A stretch of DNA of 32,000 nucleotides from Phycisphaera mikurensis NBRC 102666 (lineage in GTDB: Bacteria; Planctomycetota; Phycisphaerae; Phycisphaerales; Phycisphaeraceae): positions 1 to 32,000 of the forward strand of contig NC_017081.1 of assembly GCF_000284115.1 (NCBI RefSeq). The letters run 5' to 3'. Within the stretch, counting starts at the first letter, position 1. Each line of letters opens with the position of its first letter. The translations under genes and the position numbers were made by a program. The notes under the pieces are model-generated. The model was not told the DNA's origin. It was given only the letters and a program-made list of their open reading frames with translations, and did no database searches. Positions 1 through 8,838 of the stretch are shown piece by piece.

Positions 1-939
1 TCAGCGACCGCCTCGCCCTCGATCGCGGAGCACGTTCAGCACCGCCTCCACCTTCCCAACCGCCTGACGCCATCGTTCGGCGTCGTCCTTGCGGAGCCGT
101 TCCAGGTTCACACGCTTCCACCTCACGGCCGGCAACTCCATCACCTCCGCCAAGGGGGGCGACCCCGCCTCCGCCCTGAGTCGCACGAACCCAAGTAGCG
201 CCGCCCGCTCACGGTTCCTCAGCAGATCGGGCAGCGTGTCCCGCAGGTTCTCCAGCGTCCGGGCGTGATCCTTCACCGAGAACGGGTCCCGCGCCATCCC
301 GGCGAAGGCGCGCTCGAAGGCGGGGCCGGGGTCCTGTATCCGCGGATCCAAGATCTCGTCCGGCGGCCGGCTCGAGCTGAGCACGGCCGCCAGGAACGCC
401 ACCCGCAGCTCATCGCCCGCACCCTCGGCCGCGAGCCGGTCGAGGATGAAACGGGTATCGAAGAGGTCGCGCGGGTGCTGACGATCCAGCGCCGCCACCA
501 GCTTCCCGGCGAAGACCTCCGCCTCGTTCACCACTGGCATCGCCACGAAGCGCCCGAAGCGCTCTTGGGCTGAAGCGCAGAGCACCCGCTCCTCCGGCGG
601 GAAGAGCGATCCCCGCATCATCTTGCTCACTTCAACCTTCACCACCGCGTCCCGGGTCCGGGCCAGCAGCTTGCACTCCGCTCGTTGCACGGTCGCCCGG
701 ATGCCCAGCGGATCGAGCCTGCCCGCCACGCGGTGAAGCGCCCCCACAATCTCCGCGAGGGCCGCCTCCCGCGGCTTGCGTGGGAGATAGGTGAGGTCCA
801 GGTCGATCGACAGCCGCGGCATGTCGCGCCGGAACAGGTTGATCGCCGTCCCGCCCTTGAGGGCGAAGCAGGCCTCGGCTGCCACGGTTGGGGCCACCCG
901 CAGCAGCAGGTCCACCTGACGCTCATACGCCGCCTTCAA
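1..939 (-). CDS. abiEii: AbiEii/AbiGii-family nucleotidyltransferase toxin (type IV toxin-antitoxin / abortive infection)
   Basis: ORF track 1..1068(-). FALKGGTAINLF and SIDLDLTY match the hGG...DxD nucleotidyltransferase core of AbiEii (DUF1814). TTG at 939-937 overlaps the TGA (938-936) of the upstream ORF (TTGA junction), so I place the start there. ATG 1068 would add a Gly/Arg-rich extension overlapping abiEi. Confidence 0.8.
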   Translation of the reverse strand: MKAAYERQVDLLLRVAPTVAAEACFALKGGTAINLFRRDMPRLSIDLDLTYLPRKPREAALAEIVGALHRVAGRLDPLGIRATVQRAECKLLARTRDAVVKVEVSKMMRGSLFPPEERVLCASAQERFGRFVAMPVVNEAEVFAGKLVAALDRQHPRDLFDTRFILDRLAAEGAGDELRVAFLAAVLSSSRPPDEILDPRIQDPGPAFERAFAGMARDPFSVKDHARTLENLRDTLPDLLRNRERAALLGFVRLRAEAGSPPLAEVMELPAVRWKRVNLERLRKDDAERWRQAVGKVEAVLNVLRDRGRGGR

Positions 940-1739
940 GGCTGGTCCTCCCCCAGCAGTTTCGCCGGCACCGAGACCCGCTGCGCCGGCACGTACACCC
1001 CGCCGCCGGCGACCTGCACCTTCCCCGGCCCCGGCCCCAGGCCGGTGAGGTCCAGGTGCCGAAACCACGGGTGCCTGGCCCGCTCCGCGAGCACCAGGAA
1101 CACCCGCACCACCCGCTGCAGCCGGCAGGCCCGCAGCAGCTCCGCGAGCCGCCTTGGGCGGAGGTCAACCAAGCCCTCGATGAGGTGCCGCAGCGTCTCG
1201 GCGTCCACTGCTTCGGGGAAACGGAGCACCGCCTCGAGGATCGCCCGCTCGGCCGACGACACCGCGAGGTCGAAGCCCTCCACCGCGAGCGTCTCCACCC
1301 CCGCCGCGTCTGCGTCGGTCCCGCCCGCGGGCAGGCTGGAACTCCGCACGACCTCCAGGCTCGCCGCCGCATGCAGGCGGCCAAGCCACGCCGGCACCCC
1401 CACACCCGGTGGCCCGAAGAGCGTCACGCCTCCCGCCGCGCCCTCGCCGAGCGTCAGCGTGTGCGTCCGCCCACGGAGCATCAACGCCGCCACCGACCCG
1501 ATGTGCACGGGGAGGTGCAGCTGCCGCTGCAGTACCTGCACCACCCCAGGCCACCGAACCTCCTGCCCCGGCCGCACGAACAGCCCGCGGTCGACGCGCT
1601 CCAGCCACCCGGAGCGGGCATAGTGCTGCTGCAGGTCCGCGGAAATGCCCAGCGACCGCAGGTGGCTCGCCGCCAGCGGCTCTCCGCGGGCCCCAGCCTG
1701 CTGGAGCAGTTGGAGATGGGTTGCTTCTCGCGTAGCCAC
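936..1739 (-). CDS. abiEi: AbiEi-family antitoxin / transcriptional regulator
   Basis: 267-aa ORF with GTG start at 1739. It has an N-terminal wHTH-like segment (LAASHLRSLGISADLQQHYARSGWLERVDRGLF) and the size and position (immediately upstream of and overlapping AbiEii) typical of AbiEi_4-type antitoxins. Confidence 0.7.
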   Translation of the reverse strand: MATREATHLQLLQQAGARGEPLAASHLRSLGISADLQQHYARSGWLERVDRGLFVRPGQEVRWPGVVQVLQRQLHLPVHIGSVAALMLRGRTHTLTLGEGAAGGVTLFGPPGVGVPAWLGRLHAAASLEVVRSSSLPAGGTDADAAGVETLAVEGFDLAVSSAERAILEAVLRFPEAVDAETLRHLIEGLVDLRPRRLAELLRACRLQRVVRVFLVLAERARHPWFRHLDLTGLGPGPGKVQVAGGGVYVPAQRVSVPAKLLGEDQP

Positions 1740-2137
1740 GCTACGAAAGTAACATCAATTTGCAACTCACCCGTGTTCTGGCATAGCCGCCTCGTCGCTC
1801 GATGCCGAGGCGGCCGGAGTCGCCGGCCACTTTCTGCTCGTTTCCCTCTGCGGCATCGAAACCCACTCGCGCGAAATCCCTGCCGGCGGCGGACTCGTCG
1901 GCTATCGCTTCGAGCGGGCGCGGCGTCCTGGCTTCTCGCGAGCGGGACCTCAGGAGGGGGCGGCGGATCCGGCCGGACCTGCAGGCCAGCGCCTTCAGCT
2001 GTCTGGCAGGAAAAGCAGCTGTTGCAAGACCACCGACTGGGTCGAGGGCAGGCGATGCTGGTTGCTCGACGATCCCAGGGTGCGGTCGAAGTCATCCAAG
2101 TTGCTGCCCGCGCCGCGGCGGACCGAAGCGGCTCTTC

Positions 2138-2620
2138 ATGAAACATCGCAAGACACGATCGAAGGCCGTCGTCGGCCAGATGCCTCTTCCTTGGGACCTC
2201 GCGAGCCCCGCAACTGCCGCACCCCAGGATTCACCCGGGCCCCCGCCGGAAGCGCCGCTCCCGGCGCCTCCTTCATCGCCTCAGAAGCGATGGCGGATGG
2301 ACTGGCACTTCAGCAGTTCTGTCGAGGTACCTGCGATTCGGGTCCGTGAGGCAGGACAGTGGATCCGGTACACCCTCCAGATCCTGCTGCTCCTCGCCGC
2401 CAGTGGGTGCCCGAGCGAGAGCCGCTCTGCGATGGTGTCTTCAGAGCGACCTCACAGCTCGACCTCATTGCTCGCCTGCGGCGTCGTTCAAAGCTGCCCG
2501 GAGGAACTCGGCATGGCTCGAGCACTTGTTGGTCGTCCCGCTGACCAGCACCCGCCCAACTGGGCTTCAGCCAGCTCGCGCCTGTTCGAGCAGAATCGGT
2601 GGACTCCGAGGAGACGATGA
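2138..2620 (+). CDS. Hypothetical protein (weak call)
   Basis: ATG at 2138 within track ORF 1802..2620(+), in a locally lower-GC region. The end overlaps the start of the next ORF. No recognisable motif or RBS. Confidence 0.25.
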   Translation: MKHRKTRSKAVVGQMPLPWDLASPATAAPQDSPGPPPEAPLPAPPSSPQKRWRMDWHFSSSVEVPAIRVREAGQWIRYTLQILLLLAASGCPSESRSAMVSSERPHSSTSLLACGVVQSCPEELGMARALVGRPADQHPPNWASASSRLFEQNRWTPRRR

Positions 2621-3510
2621 TGATGAAGCCGAAACAAGAGAAGGAGAAGCCGTCCGCGGGAGACGAACTCGGGTTGCGCGAGAATCCGTCGCACACCTCC
2701 GACTGGGCGTTCCGACCCGAAGCGGTGGTGTGGGTGCATGGTGAGCCGGTCCGAGCCAACCTCCACCCAGTGGCGTCGCAGCTCTACAGCTGGCTGCGGA
2801 GGAAAGGCGATGTGACGTACTTCACAGAGAAGATGAAGTCAGACCCCGGGATGTACACCAATCCCTATGCATTCGACGCCTCGACGCTCGCTCGCGTGTT
2901 CCTCGACGTGGTGAACGAGACCCATGCGGCGGGCGAGAGCCACGAAGACATCGAGCCTCACGACATGGAGGTGGTGCGGATTCGCCTGACCGGGGAGTTG
3001 ACGCTGCTCTCCGCTCGCCTCTTGGAGGCGGTGTTGCGGCAGATGCTTTTCTGCACCGCGTTCCCGAAGAAGAGCTACGAGAACGCCTCGCTCGGCCAGC
3101 TCATGTCGACGGAGTGCCGGGCGTGCAAGGGCGGGGATGGCCCTGCCCACCACATCTCACTTGTCGCGTCCCTGGGCTGCCGGTATGGGATGTGCCGGCA
3201 GATCGACGCCTGCGTGGTGAGCTTCCTGAAGCTCCTGAACAAGCAGCGAGCGCAGGCCGGCGCGCACGCAAGCACTCCGTCCATCGTGGACCGCCCCGTA
3301 GCGGAGTCGCGGAAGATGCTCGCGGAAGACTGCTTCTCTCTCGGTGAGGGGCTCTGCCATGCGCTTCAACATGTGTCCGAGGTGGAAGAAGCGATGATTC
3401 TGGAGATCGAGCGCCACGCGGCAGACAGTCAGCGGCGGTCTCTGGTGATTTTGCCGAGCAAGTCTTCGCCCGCCTCCACCGAAATGCCGGACCCGCCCGC
3501 GACTTCATGA
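2617..3510 (+). CDS. Hypothetical protein, about 297 aa, no recognised domain
   Basis: Track ORF 2599..3510(+). GAGGAG at 2608-2613 is followed by three consecutive ATGs (2617/2620/2623), so the exact start is ambiguous. Amino-acid composition is diverse and non-shadow-like, and local GC is lower. Confidence 0.6.
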   Translation: MMMKPKQEKEKPSAGDELGLRENPSHTSDWAFRPEAVVWVHGEPVRANLHPVASQLYSWLRRKGDVTYFTEKMKSDPGMYTNPYAFDASTLARVFLDVVNETHAAGESHEDIEPHDMEVVRIRLTGELTLLSARLLEAVLRQMLFCTAFPKKSYENASLGQLMSTECRACKGGDGPAHHISLVASLGCRYGMCRQIDACVVSFLKLLNKQRAQAGAHASTPSIVDRPVAESRKMLAEDCFSLGEGLCHALQHVSEVEEAMILEIERHAADSQRRSLVILPSKSSPASTEMPDPPATS

Positions 3511-3570
3511 TGGTTCGAAGACGCGCGCCCGATCGCTACCCAGAAGACGCGTCCCCTCTCGACTCCACCC

Positions 3571-4161
3571 GTGAACCTCTTCTTCGCCACCATCAACGCT
3601 CTTCTTTTCCTCGCCACGCTTTCCATGGCGGTGACCGCCTCTCGACAGCGGAAGTCGACCGAAGCCGCGGGCGTCGCCGCCGTTGCCGCCGCGGAGCGAG
3701 CCAACGAGGCCGCCGAGAAGGCCGCCAACGCTCTTGAACGAGCCGCCGAAACCGCGGGTCAGTCCGCCGATGCGGCAGCCAGGTCAGCCGACGCGACGGA
3801 GCGGGTGGCCAGCGTCAAGACCGCTCAGGAGCAGCGGGAGGTGGCGGCGCAGAAGCTCGCGAAGCTGGACGCCTCCCTCGGAACCTCCGGCAACACGAAG
3901 CAGCTCATCATCACCAACCACGGCAAAGCCGTGGCGACGGACGTGCTGGTACTGGTGGCGGGCCGCTCCTTCAATGATCATGAGGGCGTGACTGATCCGT
4001 TCCCTGAGCCGAAGGCCACCCGGGTTGGCCCGGGTGGGCAACTGATCGGTGGCTTCGTCGTGTTCCGGAACCCAGGTCGAGTGAAGCTGCCGGCCCAGGT
4101 TCGTCTGGAGTGGCGAGATGAGAGTGGGGCACCAAGGGACTGGGAAGGACAAGTGGGCTGA
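3571..4161 (+). CDS. Membrane-anchored hypothetical protein (N-terminal TM helix, Ala/Glu-rich helical region, C-terminal beta-rich domain)
   Basis: 196-aa ORF with GTG start. NLFFATINALLFLATLSMAVTA looks like a TM/signal anchor, followed by a repetitive AAERANEAAEKAANALERAAETAG helical segment and then a distinct C-terminal domain. Confidence 0.55.
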   Translation: MNLFFATINALLFLATLSMAVTASRQRKSTEAAGVAAVAAAERANEAAEKAANALERAAETAGQSADAAARSADATERVASVKTAQEQREVAAQKLAKLDASLGTSGNTKQLIITNHGKAVATDVLVLVAGRSFNDHEGVTDPFPEPKATRVGPGGQLIGGFVVFRNPGRVKLPAQVRLEWRDESGAPRDWEGQVG

Positions 4162-4350
4162 AACTTGGATCCTCGACTGACCACTGGAGAGACAGGTAAA
4201 GCATCCCGGAGCCGGCGTTCCCGCCAACTCGTCGGCGGCCACCATGGATCCGTCTTCCCGGCACCCGTAGCGGTGGAGGATCACGCTTGAGCTTTTTCTG
4301 TCGAGGCCGAACGTCCTGATGGATGAAGAAGCTCTCCATGAACATTTGCG

Positions 4351-5319
4351 TCAGAACCGGTCGGCGTCGAGCAGCGTGAGTCTGAGGAGGTTCGCTTCCC
4401 GATCGATCACCACCTCCGTGGGCTCGTAGCTCAACACCCGGGTGGTCCCATCCCCGTCGATGTCGAGCTGGAACAGGCAATCCTCGCTCCCCTGCGGGGA
4501 GACGACGACGCGGTGCCCGCCGAGCCGGTCGCGGCGGAGCACATCCAACGCCCGCGGCACCCGGTGCCACTGCGCGATCGGCTCCCGCCCACGGAGCGGC
4601 ATCACGATCCGGCCGAGAACGTCGAGGTCGTCCATGCTTTGTCGGGCGACTTCTTGGAGCTGTTCCTCGCTCCAGACCGTGAGTGCCTCGGGGCCGGCGT
4701 CGGCGTTCAGCACCGCCAGCGTCCGCTCACGGATGGCCTCGATCTGATCCTCCGGCACGGCGGGGGGCCGCCAGCTGAAGTAGTCGTCGCCGATGCTCAT
4801 CCGTTCGTGGCGCTCCGCGGCCTCCTCCGGCGAGAGCTTGTCGAAAGCCTCCCCCATCGCGTAGTCGGAGTCCCACATGAAGCGTTCCGCCAGCTCGATG
4901 AGAAACCGTGTCCACTGGTCGGTGTCCAACTCGGCGTCGTCCTCCGGCACCCAGCCCAGGTCCACCTCCCGCGCGACCCGGCGGAGGTCCGCGAGGATGT
5001 CGTCCTGCGTGGGGTCTTCTTCATCAGGGTCTTCGAGCGGGACCATGATTTGATCCCGGTATCCGAGGAAGCAGGCAACGAAGGCCGCCTCCACCGCGGC
5101 GTGCAGCTCTGGCGGCTCTTCTTCTGTCAGCAACGCCGCTCGGACCACCCGCTCCAGCAGAACGACCTGCGGACCACGCTCGAGCACGTCGAACGCCCGC
5201 ACGCCCAGCTCCAAAGGCCCCCCGTGCTTCAGGCTCCAGCAGAGCGACGCGGCTCCCTCGCGAAAGACCTTTCGCGTGGTGCCGGTGAGGGTGATGTTTC
5301 CGTTCTCGCTTCGCCACAT
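4351..5319 (-). CDS. Strongly acidic hypothetical protein (322 aa)
   Basis: ATG-started ORF that is visibly Asp/Glu-rich (DPDEEDPTQDD, WVPEDDAELDTDQW, SPEEAAERHE). No known motif recognised. Divergent from the SprT-like gene. Confidence 0.65.
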   Translation of the reverse strand: MWRSENGNITLTGTTRKVFREGAASLCWSLKHGGPLELGVRAFDVLERGPQVVLLERVVRAALLTEEEPPELHAAVEAAFVACFLGYRDQIMVPLEDPDEEDPTQDDILADLRRVAREVDLGWVPEDDAELDTDQWTRFLIELAERFMWDSDYAMGEAFDKLSPEEAAERHERMSIGDDYFSWRPPAVPEDQIEAIRERTLAVLNADAGPEALTVWSEEQLQEVARQSMDDLDVLGRIVMPLRGREPIAQWHRVPRALDVLRRDRLGGHRVVVSPQGSEDCLFQLDIDGDGTTRVLSYEPTEVVIDREANLLRLTLLDADRF

Positions 5320-5401
5320 GATTTGACTCTTTGAAGACCAGCTCGACCTGTCAACGTGCGGCGGTCGGCTCGATGTGGGGAAGAAGCACCGCTCGGTGGA
5401 A

Positions 5402-5415
5402 GTATCGTACGATAC
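5402..5415. promoter_or_regulatory. Perfect 14-bp palindrome GTATCGTACGATAC, 6 nt upstream of the SprT-like start codon
   Basis: Read directly: GTATCGT/ACGATAC at 5402-5415, in the divergent 5320-5420 intergenic region. Operator-like; there is no room for a hairpin loop. Confidence 0.35.
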
Positions 5416-5420
5416 AAAGT

Positions 5421-6116
5421 ATGGAGAAGCCCACGGCCGAGACCTATGGCGCTCTCCAGCGCGCGTTCGACCACTTCAACACGGAGCTGTTCGGCGGCCG
5501 GCTGGCGCCCGTCGTGTTCGTCTTCCTTCGAAAGCCGGGCATGCGGGGGGCCTTCCGGTCCGCGGCGTGGAAGCGGCGGGGGAAGGGCGGTGCTGCTGGA
5601 AGTGGCGGGGCGGTGGACACCGCGGACGAGATCGCTCTGAACCCGGATTACCTCCTCGACCACGACGCGGTCGAGGTGCTCGGCACGCTCGTGCACGAGC
5701 AGGTCCACCAGTTCCAAGTACTGACGGGCACGCCGTCGCGACCGACGTACCACAACGCCGAGTGGGCCGACATGGCCGAGGCGGTCGGGCTCCGCCCGAC
5801 GGCGACGGGCGCGGTCGGCGGGGCCCGGGTGGGTCAGAAGATGGAGCACCTCGTCGAGCCGGGGGGGCGCTTCGAGGCGTCCGCCGAGCGGCTGCTCGCT
5901 GCCGGCTGGGACCTCTGCTGGGAGGCGCGGGCGACCGGATCTGGAGCCGCTGCCCCGGAGGGCGAAAACGCTGGGGCGGAGCCGGCAGTCGAGCCGCCGG
6001 TCTCCAGCAAGCTCGCCTACTTCTGCCCCGCGTGTGGACTGCGGGCGTGGGCGAAGCCCAAGACGAACCTCATGTGCGGTGACTGCCTCCGTCACCTCAA
6101 GGTCGACATCGACTGA
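5421..6116 (+). CDS. SprT-like zinc metalloprotease domain protein with C-terminal zinc ribbon
   Basis: Start taken at ATG 5421 (MEKPTAETYGALQRAFDHFN...). It has the SprT-like N-terminus, the HExxH motif (LVHEQVHQF) and a C-terminal CPACG...CGDC pair. Confidence 0.75.
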   Translation: MEKPTAETYGALQRAFDHFNTELFGGRLAPVVFVFLRKPGMRGAFRSAAWKRRGKGGAAGSGGAVDTADEIALNPDYLLDHDAVEVLGTLVHEQVHQFQVLTGTPSRPTYHNAEWADMAEAVGLRPTATGAVGGARVGQKMEHLVEPGGRFEASAERLLAAGWDLCWEARATGSGAAAPEGENAGAEPAVEPPVSSKLAYFCPACGLRAWAKPKTNLMCGDCLRHLKVDID

Positions 6117-6130
6117 GCGGACGGCTTGGC

Positions 6131-7345
6131 TCAGCCGCGGAGGCAAGCGTTGCACTTGCAGGTCCCGGTGGCCGGGTCGTGCATCCACCAGTCGTTGGTC
6201 ATCCGACCGCACAGGAGGCACTTCGCAACGCGTTCCTTCCGCGTCGGCTCGCGCCGCACAGGCGCTGCCGGCGGCGGGGCGGTGAGTCCCACGCGACGCT
6301 GCAACGATGCTCGGCGTGCCGCTTCCATCGCCGCCTCGCGTTTCTGCACCTCCTGCAGGTGCGCCTCGATCTCCACGGCCATCCGCTCCCGCCACGCCCG
6401 GTAGCGGGAGTGCTCGCCGGGGTGGAGCGGGCGACCGTCCGAGGGCCGCATCTCCATCTCCACCAGCGGGTTCACCAAGACGAAGGCGCGGGCGTCTCGC
6501 TCCCACGGCCGGAGCGGCCGCCTGAAGCGCAGCGAGACGACGCTCCAATCAGATGGGTGGCCGCTGGGTTTGTCCACCGACGGGATCAGGTAGCTCGATC
6601 CCGCCCCGGCCGTCCCGCGAGGCGACGCGGGGTCGTCGTACGCGGCCTCCTCTTCGGTGCGCAGGAACAAGGGCTGGGCCTCGACGTGGGGCTCGACCAT
6701 CCAGACCTCCTGCGGGGAGAGCTGAACATTGACCTCTTCGCCGTCGATCAGGGGATCTTCGGGTTCCACGCGGACGCCGTCTCGGAGTGGGCGGAAGCGG
6801 CGGTCGATGCCCATGCGAACAAGCCGGCGGCCGCCACGCTGGAACGCGTCCCAAGCGTCGCGGAGTTCCCAGTCGAGACGCTTCCGTATCAGCAGGTGGT
6901 GGTGGGATCGCCGCCCATCGGGATCTTGCAACCGGACATCGACCGGCAGCGGTCCGGCGGTGGTTTCTACTTCCACGTGCACCTGGTCCCGCCAGCCGGC
7001 AAACTTCCCGCCGGACGCTTTGACCTTGCCCTTAAGCCACCAGCACAGGGCGGTCTGCGCCGCGGCGAGAACGGCGTTGTCCTTTCGTGCGTACCGGCAG
7101 GTCAGTTCTCCGGGCGGGTGGGCGAAGTGGGCGCAGACTCTTCGCCCTCGCTTGAAGCGGAGCGCGACGCCGCACCCCTCGTCTGGGCAGACAATCTCGT
7201 CGGCGGCACACGCTCGACGTAGCTCCAGCTCGACGGGGTCGTGGCCCCGTTCGCCCGGCTCGCCGTGCCCGACCGGCACGCTCTGGGGGTGGATGTCCAC
7301 CGTTTGAACCCGTTCGCCGGTCGAGGCTCGGATGGCGAACAGCAC
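6131..7345 (-). CDS. CoiA-like (competence protein CoiA family) putative nuclease with extended C-terminus and terminal zinc ribbon
   Basis: GTG start at 7345 with GAGGT about 10 nt upstream. The N-terminus (MLFAI...CPDEGCGVALRFKRGRRVCAHFAH) matches the CoiA N-terminal CxxC...HFAH pattern. The C-terminal CLLCG...CKCNAC is zinc-ribbon-like. Confidence 0.55.
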   Translation of the reverse strand: MLFAIRASTGERVQTVDIHPQSVPVGHGEPGERGHDPVELELRRACAADEIVCPDEGCGVALRFKRGRRVCAHFAHPPGELTCRYARKDNAVLAAAQTALCWWLKGKVKASGGKFAGWRDQVHVEVETTAGPLPVDVRLQDPDGRRSHHHLLIRKRLDWELRDAWDAFQRGGRRLVRMGIDRRFRPLRDGVRVEPEDPLIDGEEVNVQLSPQEVWMVEPHVEAQPLFLRTEEEAAYDDPASPRGTAGAGSSYLIPSVDKPSGHPSDWSVVSLRFRRPLRPWERDARAFVLVNPLVEMEMRPSDGRPLHPGEHSRYRAWRERMAVEIEAHLQEVQKREAAMEAARRASLQRRVGLTAPPPAAPVRREPTRKERVAKCLLCGRMTNDWWMHDPATGTCKCNACLRG

Positions 7346-7385
7346 GTCAGACGCTACCTCTTCTTGGTCCGGCTGCCGAACCAGC

Positions 7386-7445
7386 GGGGTGTCGGGGCAG
7401 AGCCCTGACCGCGCGGCGGAGCGTCAGCGACGCCGCGCGCGGCCG
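7386..7445. repeat. Double-hairpin repeat, copy 1 (just after the radC stop)
   Basis: GGGGTGTCGGGGCAGAGCCCTGACCGCGCGGCG...CGCCGCGCGCGGCCG. Hairpin a is GTCGGGGC/GCCCTGAC (one G-T pair on the + strand). Hairpin b is CCGCGCGGCG/CGCCGCGCG(CG)G. It is near-identical to copy 2 at 8936-8994. Confidence 0.6.
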
Positions 7446-7481
7446 CGGAAAGCGGACCGGACCCTGGCCTGCGGTCCCGCC

Positions 7482-8219
7482 TCACCCCGCCGCCCGGATG
7501 CTCACGCTCCCCTGCGAGGCGACGACGATGTGGTCGAGTACCTCCACCCCCAGCGTCCGGCCCGCCGCTTCCAGGCGTCGCGTCACGGCGTGGTCTTCGG
7601 GGCTCGGGCTCGGGTCTCCGCTTGGGTGGTTGTGCACGAGCAGGACCGCCGCGGCCGCGTCTCTGAGCGTCGGCCGGAAGACCTCCCGCGGGTGCACAAG
7701 GCTCGCGTCCAGCGTGCCCACCGTCACCCGGTGCGTGCCGATGACATGGTGCCGCGTGTCCAGCGTGACAACGTGAAACTCCTCCTGCACGCCGTCGGTG
7801 GCGAGGCGTGCGAAGCGACGCCGGCAGAACGCGAGGGCTGACGCGGTGCCGGTGATCGTTGCCTCGGGCGGGGCCTCCGCCGCGGCCGCCACCCGACGGC
7901 CCAGTTCCACCGCGGCGAGCACCCGGCCCAGCGTCCGCCGCTTCAGGCCCGGGACCGCCTCGCCCAGCTCCGCGTCGCCCACCGAGAGCAGCCGCCGCAC
8001 GTCCCCACCGCACAGGCCCATGATCCGCCGGCCGGCCTCCTCGGCGTCGGCCTTGGTCCGTGTGTCCGCGTCCACCACCACGGCCACCAGTTCCGCGTCG
8101 GTCATGCCGGCCGCGCCGTCACGCCGGATGCGCTCACGGGCGACGTCAACGCCCACCGCGGAACGCCGGGGGTAGAGGCCGGCGGAGGGGTTCGGGTGGC
8201 TGGAAGGCTGAAAGGTCAT
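7482..8219 (-). CDS. radC: RadC-like JAB-domain protein
   Basis: ATG at 8219 preceded by GGAG 7 nt upstream. It carries the JAMM/RadC signature VHNHPSGDPSPSPED and helix-hairpin-helix-like N-terminal half. The longer track ORF (to 8324) would run through the conserved upstream hairpin. Confidence 0.9.
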   Translation of the reverse strand: MTFQPSSHPNPSAGLYPRRSAVGVDVARERIRRDGAAGMTDAELVAVVVDADTRTKADAEEAGRRIMGLCGGDVRRLLSVGDAELGEAVPGLKRRTLGRVLAAVELGRRVAAAAEAPPEATITGTASALAFCRRRFARLATDGVQEEFHVVTLDTRHHVIGTHRVTVGTLDASLVHPREVFRPTLRDAAAAVLLVHNHPSGDPSPSPEDHAVTRRLEAAGRTLGVEVLDHIVVASQGSVSIRAAG

Positions 8220-8505
8220 CGCATCGCTCCAAGGGGCACCGCTCGGGCGCCGGGTGTCGGGATGCAGGGGTCGCGCGAATCTCACGCTCTCGGGCCAACA
8301 CGTTTTTGGCCCCTCCCTGCACAAGCAGGGAGGGAGGGGTCAAAACACGCAGCTCTCACCGGGCTGCCGCCCGGAGCGACCGCAGCGCGGGCACGCCATA
8401 ACGGAGGCGAGGAGGGCGGGAGGATCTGATCGCAGCGCAGCGGAGAACTCCACGCGGAGCGAGGAGGCGGGTCAGATCCGAGTGGCCGACGAGCCGACGG
8501 CGGGG
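8220..8505. promoter_or_regulatory. Structured leader element R1 upstream of radC
   Basis: Contains bulged hairpin H1 (8307-8342), the conserved AGCGACCG block, long-range stem GGATCTGA (8422-8429)/TCAGATCC (8472-8479), and distal block CGACGGCGGGG. Paralogous to R2 and R3. Confidence 0.65.
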
Positions 8506-8580
8506 CGTGACGGCGCGGAGGAAGAGGAGGGCGGTGGCCCGGTGCGGCCAGCCGGTCCCCTCGGGGGCCGGCGTTCCTTC
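8490..8580. repeat. About 90-nt repeat at the distal edge of R1 (partner of 14996-15083)
   Basis: CGAGCCGACGGCGGGGCGTGACGGCGCGGAGGAAGAGGAGGGCGGTGGCCCGGTGCGGCCAGCCGG...GGCGTTCCTT aligns by eye, with few mismatches and one small indel, to 14996-15083. Confidence 0.6.
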
Positions 8581-8613
8581 GCCCGCCTGATGGCTCGTTG
8601 CGGCCGCCTGCGG

Positions 8614-8838
8614 CTACGGCCTGTCAAGATAGGGCATCGCTGCCCGCATTGCATCGTGTTCGTGCCCGTAGGCGGGGCGGGCGGTGCCCTCGCGGAGCAG
8701 CTTCCCGATGGTGAGGCGTGGAACGCCCCGGGCCACTCGAACCTTCGCGTCGTCCGGGAAGTCGGTCCGCTCCAGGCTGGCCGCGGCGACGCCGCCGTCG
8801 TCGCTGACCAAGAGGTAGAGGGGTGGGGGGATGCTCAA
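8614..8838 (-). CDS. Small hypothetical protein (74 aa), possibly excisionase/AlpA-like HTH (weak)
   Basis: TTG start, no clear RBS. The sequence is non-shadow-like (LYLLVSDDGGVAAASLERTDFPDDAKVRVARGVPRLTIGKLLREG). The FP..vrv..g..R..l pattern is only loosely HTH_17-like. Confidence 0.3.
   Translation of the reverse strand: MSIPPPLYLLVSDDGGVAAASLERTDFPDDAKVRVARGVPRLTIGKLLREGTARPAYGHEHDAMRAAMPYLDRP

Noticed and set aside
1740-1800. AT-richer patch with TTGCAA upstream of abiEi as a defined sigma70 promoter
   Set aside because: The hexamer spacing to any -10-like sequence and to the GTG start does not fit. It probably contains the promoter/operator, but the boxes cannot be assigned by eye.
5229-6548. 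439-aa minus-strand ORF crossing the SprT-like gene and both neighbouring genes
   Set aside because: It is an Arg/Ala/Pro/Gly shadow that overlaps three better-supported genes in different frames and strands.
8307-8342. H1 hairpins (also 10115..10150 and 11616..11664) as rho-independent terminators
   Set aside because: No T-run follows the stems on either strand. They lie upstream of start codons, not after stop codons, and are embedded in larger conserved elements.
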